Below, piece after piece: positions 28,480-33,325 of a DNA stretch of 33,325 nt (positions are counted from its first letter, which is position 1; the number at the start of each line of letters is the position of its first letter). Under the pieces are notes generated by a model that did not search any database, was not told where the DNA came from, and worked only from the letters and a program-made list of their open reading frames with translations. This DNA is from an uncultured archaeon (GTDB lineage: Archaea > Asgardarchaeota > Lokiarchaeia > Sigyniarchaeales > SOKP01): NCBI GenBank assembly GCA_964508365.1, contig CAZDTP010000046.1, forward strand, positions 1 through 33,325, given 5' to 3'. The position numbers and the translations under genes were made by a program.

Positions 28480-29751
28480 ATAACAGAATCAAAAAAAGAT
28501 ATCAAAAAGGACAAGGTTTTTGACGATACATCAGAATATCTTGATAAAATTTACAATCCTGATTTAAGAAACATCCTAAAACGATGTAGCCAGTGTGGTC
28601 GCTGCAGTGGAGTTTGTCAATTAAGCAAAGTCCAAACCTATACTCCTAGCAAAATTATTCAACTCATTATAGAAGGTTTTGAAGAAAAAGTACTAGAGAG
28701 TGAAACCCTCTGGGACTGTCTAACTTGCAATCAATGCCTTAAAGATTGCCCAGAAAACATTAACTTTGCTGAATTAGTGAGAATGGCTCGATATAAAATG
28801 AGACAATCAGCAAATAAGAATATTGATGAGTTGATTGCACATAAAGGAGTTTACACAACGATCACCGAAATAATGAGCCAACCCTATATTAATCCAGATA
28901 GATCTCTTGAGTGGGTACCTAAAAACATAAAAATTGCTGATAAAGGAAATGTTTTATACTATGTTGGTTGTATACCTTATTTTAATTACGAATTTGATAA
29001 AATAAATTCTATAGCGTTAAGTACCTTACAAATTTTAAGTTTAATCGAAAAAGAACCAATCGTTCTCTTTAAAGAAGAAATCTGCTGTGGTCATGATGTT
29101 TATTGGGGGCAAGGAAAACTAGAAGTATTTATTAATTTAGCTAAGAAAAATATTGAAATGTTCGAGAAAGCAGGAATCTCCACTATTGTAACTGCGTGTG
29201 CAGAATGCTATAGAACACTCAAAGTCGATTATCCGAAACTATTTGAAGATTTTGGCCAAAAGTTCGAGGTTAAACATATCATTGAATATATTTACGATAA
29301 TTGGAAAGAAGGAAAAATTGAAATTGTAGGAAAAAATGAATCTGAAGAGGAAACATCGTTTACCTATCACGATCCATGTAGATTAAGCAGATTTTTACCC
29401 GAAGATAACAAGATTACAGATAAATCACGCGAAATATTTAAAGAGTTTGAAAAATTAGGATATAAGTTTACAGAAATGGAGCACAACAAATCAAACTCTT
29501 TGTGCTGCGGTGTAAACTCTTGGATGAATTGTAACGAGAAATCAAAAGCTCTAAGGTATAAAAGAATGCTTGAAGCCAAAACTGCGGGAGAAATAATGCT
29601 CACTGCTTGTCCGAAATGTAAAATTCACCTTTCTTGCTTACAAGATGATTACGCGGACATTTCTTCAGTCGAAATATCGGATTTCTCAGAATTTTTAGTA
29701 AATCACATTAAAGTAATAAAACCTAAAAAAGATATTGAGGTTGAAAAATAA
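28480..29751 (+). CDS. HdrD-like protein (2x[4Fe-4S] + two CCG domains), module B, ATA start
   Basis: Frame open from 28477; CSQCGRCSGVC and CLTCNQCLKDC lie upstream of the first canonical start (GTG 28777); ATA 28480 follows GAGGAG; 423 aa like the paralog. Confidence 0.85.
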   Translation: MTESKKDIKKDKVFDDTSEYLDKIYNPDLRNILKRCSQCGRCSGVCQLSKVQTYTPSKIIQLIIEGFEEKVLESETLWDCLTCNQCLKDCPENINFAELVRMARYKMRQSANKNIDELIAHKGVYTTITEIMSQPYINPDRSLEWVPKNIKIADKGNVLYYVGCIPYFNYEFDKINSIALSTLQILSLIEKEPIVLFKEEICCGHDVYWGQGKLEVFINLAKKNIEMFEKAGISTIVTACAECYRTLKVDYPKLFEDFGQKFEVKHIIEYIYDNWKEGKIEIVGKNESEEETSFTYHDPCRLSRFLPEDNKITDKSREIFKEFEKLGYKFTEMEHNKSNSLCCGVNSWMNCNEKSKALRYKRMLEAKTAGEIMLTACPKCKIHLSCLQDDYADISSVEISDFSEFLVNHIKVIKPKKDIEVEK

Positions 29752-32700
29752 TGGAAGGAGCTGTGTTGGTCATAGGGGCTGGTATTGCTGGAATACAAAC
29801 ATCTCTCGATTTAACCGAGTTAGGATTTAAAGTTTATCTCGTGGAAAAATCTCCTTCGATTGGTGGAAGGATGGCTCAACTGGATAAAACTTTTCCTACA
29901 AATGATTGCTCTCTTTGTATCCTCGCACCTAAGATGGTTGAGGTCTATAGAAATCCTAACATCGAACTAATGACTTATCACGAAGTCAAGGCAATTTCAG
30001 GAGAAGCCGGTAATTTTGATGTAACCGTGTTAAAGAAACCTCGATATATCGACGAGGATAAATGTAAAGGATGCGGTGACTGCGCTGCTAAATGTCCAAA
30101 AATCCAAGTACCTAACTCATTTGATATGAATCTTGGAAAAAGGAAATCAATCTACATTCCTTTTCCTCAAGCGGTCCCTCCTATTTATCTAATAGACCCA
30201 GAATTGTGTTTAATGTTAACTAAAGGCGTGTGTGGCGTCTGTGAAAAGGTGTGCGAGGCAAAAGCAATCAATTACGAACAAAAAGAACAAGAAATTAATA
30301 TCAAGGTAGGTGCGGTAGTAGTCGCTACCGGTTTTGATATGCCTGCAGAGGAATTATCTCCAAGATGGGGATATCGATTTCAAAATGTTGTGAGTGCGTT
30401 GGAATATGAAAGGATTCTATGTGCTTCAGGTCCCTTTGGAGGTCATGTTCTAAGACTTAGCGATGAAGAGGAACCTGAGAAAATCGCGTTTATCCAATGC
30501 GCAGGATCCAGAGACCTACATGAAAATGTACCTTACTGTTCGAGTGTTTGTTGTATGTATACTGCTAAAGAAGCAATAATAACTGCTGAACACTCTGAAA
30601 ACGCTAAGTGTTTTGTATTTAGACATGATATCAGAGCTTATGGAAAAAACTTTTATGAATTCACCCAAAGAGCTCAAGACGAATATGGTGTGAAGTATTT
30701 TCAAACTAAAATAAGTACTATCGAGGAAAATCCTGAAACAAATGATTTGATAATTCACTATGAGGATTTGAAAACTGGAAAATTTAACGATTTTGTGGCT
30801 AATTTAGTTGTTTTAGCTACCCCTTTAGTTCCTAAAAAAGGCATAGGTGAATTAGCTACAATTCTTGATGTAGAGCTTGATAAATACGATTTTTTCAAAG
30901 AAAAGTCCTATTTCACTAAATCCTTATCGTCGAGGGAAGGGATTTTCTTATGTGGTTTTTGTCAAGGACCGAAGGATATTCCAGAAACTGTCGCTGACGC
31001 GAGTGGCGTAGCATCAAAGGTAGCTACTTTACTCAAATCCGCTCAATTTACCCAAGTAAGAGAAAAAGAATTTGATGTAGCTGAAAAACAAGTAAATCCT
31101 TCTGATGAACCAAGAATAGGCGTACTAATATGTCATTGTGGGATCAATATAGGTAAATATGTTGATGTTCCCCATGTTAGAGATTATATAAAATTGTTAC
31201 CAAATGTAGTCTGGTGCGAAGATAACTTATATTCATGCAGTTCTGATTCCCAAGAATTAATTAAAGAAAAAATTCAAGAACATAACCTTAATAGACTTAT
31301 TGTAGCGTCTTGTACTCCAAGAACTCACGAACCTCTATTCCAAGAAACATGTCAGGAAGCTGGATTAAATAAATACTTATTTGAGATGGTAAACATTAGA
31401 GATCAATGTTCTTGGGTTCACATGACTGAAAAAAAGGCAGCTACAGATAAATCTATGGATTTAATAAGAATGGCAGTCTCAAAATCCAAATTACTTAAAC
31501 CTCAAAAAGAAGAGAAGATTGGTGTTATTCCAACAGCTCTAGTAATAGGTGGGGGAGTTTCAGGAATGACTGCGTCCTTAGAATTAGCTAATCAAGGGTT
31601 CAAAACATATGTCATAGAAAAAGAAAAGAAGCTAGGGGGAAATTTAAATAATTTAAACATACTTTATCCCATCCAAGAGGATGCCTCTATCTTTTTGAAC
31701 GACATAGTTGGTAAAGTTGAAAGTAATAACAACATTGAAGCTCATCTTGAGTCAACTATTAAAGATGTCAAGGGATATATCGGAAATTACGACGTCTCTA
31801 TTATTGACTCTAAGGATAAACTAACAGAGATAAAAACTGGAGCGATAATTGTAGCTACAGGTGGTCAAGAATTCAAGCCTAACGGATTATTTCAGTACGA
31901 CGGTAAAAATAAACAAGTAATGACACAACTCGAAATTGAGCAGAAATTACAAGATACGGATAAATCGTGGCTTGAAAAATTAAAACGCGTTACTTTCATT
32001 TTATGTGTTGGTGCAAGACAGAAGGATGGAATAAGTTATTGTTCAAATGTTTGTTGCGGAACCTCAATCAAGAATATTAACATCCTCAAAGAATTAAACC
32101 CAAACCTCGAGATTGTTGTATTATATAGAGACATTCAAATGGCTAAAAAAGAGTTTGAAGAATATTACCGTAATCGAAGAAAAGATGCAATGTTTTTACG
32201 ATACGAGTTAGAACGTCTTCCAAAAGTTACTAAATTAGCTAAATCGCCTGAAAAATATAAAGTAGAAGTATTTGATACTAATTTACAAGATAATCTCAAT
32301 TTTGAAACCGATTTAATCGTTTTAGCTACGCCAATGGTTCCTGCAGACAATCTTAAAGATTTAGCAATGATGCTCAAAGTTCCTTTAGATAGAACAGGTT
32401 TCTTTTTAGAAGCTCATGTTAAACTGAGACCATTAGACTTTGCTACTGACGGAATATTTTTATGTGGTTGTGCTCAGTGGCCTAAAAATATTCAAGACTC
32501 CATATCACAAGCAAGTGGGGCTGCAGGTCGAGCAAGCAGATTTCTAAGCGCCGGAGAAATAACAACTTCTGGTTTAGTTGCAGAAGTAACTCAAAGTAAA
32601 TGTATTGGTTGTGGAGAATGTGAGGAAGTTTGCCCTTATAAAGCTATTGAACTAATAGAAATTACAAAAAATTTTGAGGATGTATCAATAATAGTAAAAA

Positions 32701-32858
32701 AATCATCGATAAACTCAGCTTTGTGTAAAGGATGCGGTACTTGTGCGGCAACCTGTCCTGTTGGTGCGATATCAGTCAAACACTACGATTTTGATCAAAT
32801 TGGTGCGATGATTGATTCATATCTTTTAGAAAAAATAAAAAACGGAGGAATTATTTAA
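29751..32858 (+). CDS. hdrA: large HdrA-like flavoprotein (two FAD domains, Cys-type), module B
   Basis: 1035 aa; close paralog of 19246-22290. Confidence 0.9.
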   Translation: MEGAVLVIGAGIAGIQTSLDLTELGFKVYLVEKSPSIGGRMAQLDKTFPTNDCSLCILAPKMVEVYRNPNIELMTYHEVKAISGEAGNFDVTVLKKPRYIDEDKCKGCGDCAAKCPKIQVPNSFDMNLGKRKSIYIPFPQAVPPIYLIDPELCLMLTKGVCGVCEKVCEAKAINYEQKEQEINIKVGAVVVATGFDMPAEELSPRWGYRFQNVVSALEYERILCASGPFGGHVLRLSDEEEPEKIAFIQCAGSRDLHENVPYCSSVCCMYTAKEAIITAEHSENAKCFVFRHDIRAYGKNFYEFTQRAQDEYGVKYFQTKISTIEENPETNDLIIHYEDLKTGKFNDFVANLVVLATPLVPKKGIGELATILDVELDKYDFFKEKSYFTKSLSSREGIFLCGFCQGPKDIPETVADASGVASKVATLLKSAQFTQVREKEFDVAEKQVNPSDEPRIGVLICHCGINIGKYVDVPHVRDYIKLLPNVVWCEDNLYSCSSDSQELIKEKIQEHNLNRLIVASCTPRTHEPLFQETCQEAGLNKYLFEMVNIRDQCSWVHMTEKKAATDKSMDLIRMAVSKSKLLKPQKEEKIGVIPTALVIGGGVSGMTASLELANQGFKTYVIEKEKKLGGNLNNLNILYPIQEDASIFLNDIVGKVESNNNIEAHLESTIKDVKGYIGNYDVSIIDSKDKLTEIKTGAIIVATGGQEFKPNGLFQYDGKNKQVMTQLEIEQKLQDTDKSWLEKLKRVTFILCVGARQKDGISYCSNVCCGTSIKNINILKELNPNLEIVVLYRDIQMAKKEFEEYYRNRRKDAMFLRYELERLPKVTKLAKSPEKYKVEVFDTNLQDNLNFETDLIVLATPMVPADNLKDLAMMLKVPLDRTGFFLEAHVKLRPLDFATDGIFLCGCAQWPKNIQDSISQASGAAGRASRFLSAGEITTSGLVAEVTQSKCIGCGECEEVCPYKAIELIEITKNFEDVSIIVKKSSINSALCKGCGTCAATCPVGAISVKHYDFDQIGAMIDSYLLEKIKNGGII

Positions 32859-32860
32859 TC

Positions 32861-33298
32861 ATGACGGAGTCTAGAGAAAAACTCAATAAAATCAAAGGTT
32901 TTGAGCCAAGCATATTAGTCTTCTGTTGTAACTGGTGTAGCTATGCAGGCGCAGATTTGGCAGGGGTATCGAGATTTCAATATCCTCCTAATATTCGAGT
33001 TATTCGGGTAATGTGTTCGGGTAGAGTAGATCCATCTTTTGTGTTGAAAGCTTTAAAAGATGGAGCAGATGGTGTCCTTATTAGTGGATGCCATATTGGC
33101 GACTGTCACTATATAAGCGGTAACGAATTCGCTAAAGAAAGGTTTGAACGAATGCATAAAATTATTATTAAGCAACTTGGCATAAATGAAAAACGTGTAC
33201 GGTTAGAATGGGTTTCTGCTTCTGAAGGAAAAAGGTTTGCAGAAATAATTACAGAATTCACGAACCAAATAAAAGAATTGGGTCCACTAAAAAATTAA
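32861..33298 (+). CDS. mvhD: MvhD [2Fe-2S] subunit (Cys-type)
   Basis: CCNWCSYAGADLAG, MCSGRVDP, GCHIGDCHY; GGAGG RBS upstream. Confidence 0.9.
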   Translation: MTESREKLNKIKGFEPSILVFCCNWCSYAGADLAGVSRFQYPPNIRVIRVMCSGRVDPSFVLKALKDGADGVLISGCHIGDCHYISGNEFAKERFERMHKIIIKQLGINEKRVRLEWVSASEGKRFAEIITEFTNQIKELGPLKN

Positions 33299-33312
33299 AA
33301 AATTAAAAAATT
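33289..33312 (+). repeat. tandem repeat (AAAAAATT)x3 over the mvhD stop
   Basis: Directly visible. Confidence 0.6.
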
Positions 33313-33325
33313 AAATGATTTTATT

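Noticed and set aside
13129-32377. Minus-strand ORFs 13129-13464, 14482-14712, 14546-14740, 14741-15004, 15146-15361, 17736-17933, 23676-24008, 25024-25218, 26429-26704, 29367-29603, 30516-30758, 32165-32377
   Set aside because: Antisense to hdr cluster genes or the SECIS; typical shadow ORFs.
1-33325. tRNA-Sec, other tRNA/rRNA, or Sec machinery genes
   Set aside because: No cloverleaf, rRNA-like GC-rich segment or sel gene recognised in this window.

Overview
AT-rich archaeal DNA, most likely Asgard/Lokiarchaeia. That assignment is inferred from Sec-type hdrA/vhuD with a eukaryote-like SECIS, GGAGG/GAGGTG RBSs and HEAT/TPR/NYN genes. The first ~12 kb holds accessory genes: small membrane proteins, a TPR protein coupled to a Zc3h12a/NYN-like RNase, a decayed coiled-coil gene, a secreted glutamic-peptidase-like protein, a DUF4367-like protein, an FrhB-family protein, a beta-helix/propeller surface protein, a HEAT protein and an HTH protein. 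From 12.8 kb to the end is a ~20 kb heterodisulfide-reductase-like cluster. It opens with two selenoprotein genes that the ORF track fragments or misses: a canonical-size hdrA (12839-14779) with four in-frame TGA codons and an mvhD/vhuD (14784-15218) with two, all at conserved Cys positions. An AUGA/AAA/GA SECIS-like hairpin follows, and its core UGA is the vhuD stop codon. Downstream are Cys-only paralogous modules: three FrhB-family genes, two HdrD-like genes that apparently start at ATA, three ~1000-aa double-FAD HdrA-like genes and three MvhD genes, with no hydrogenase subunits in the window. No rRNA, tRNA, CRISPR array or recognisable mobile element was seen.
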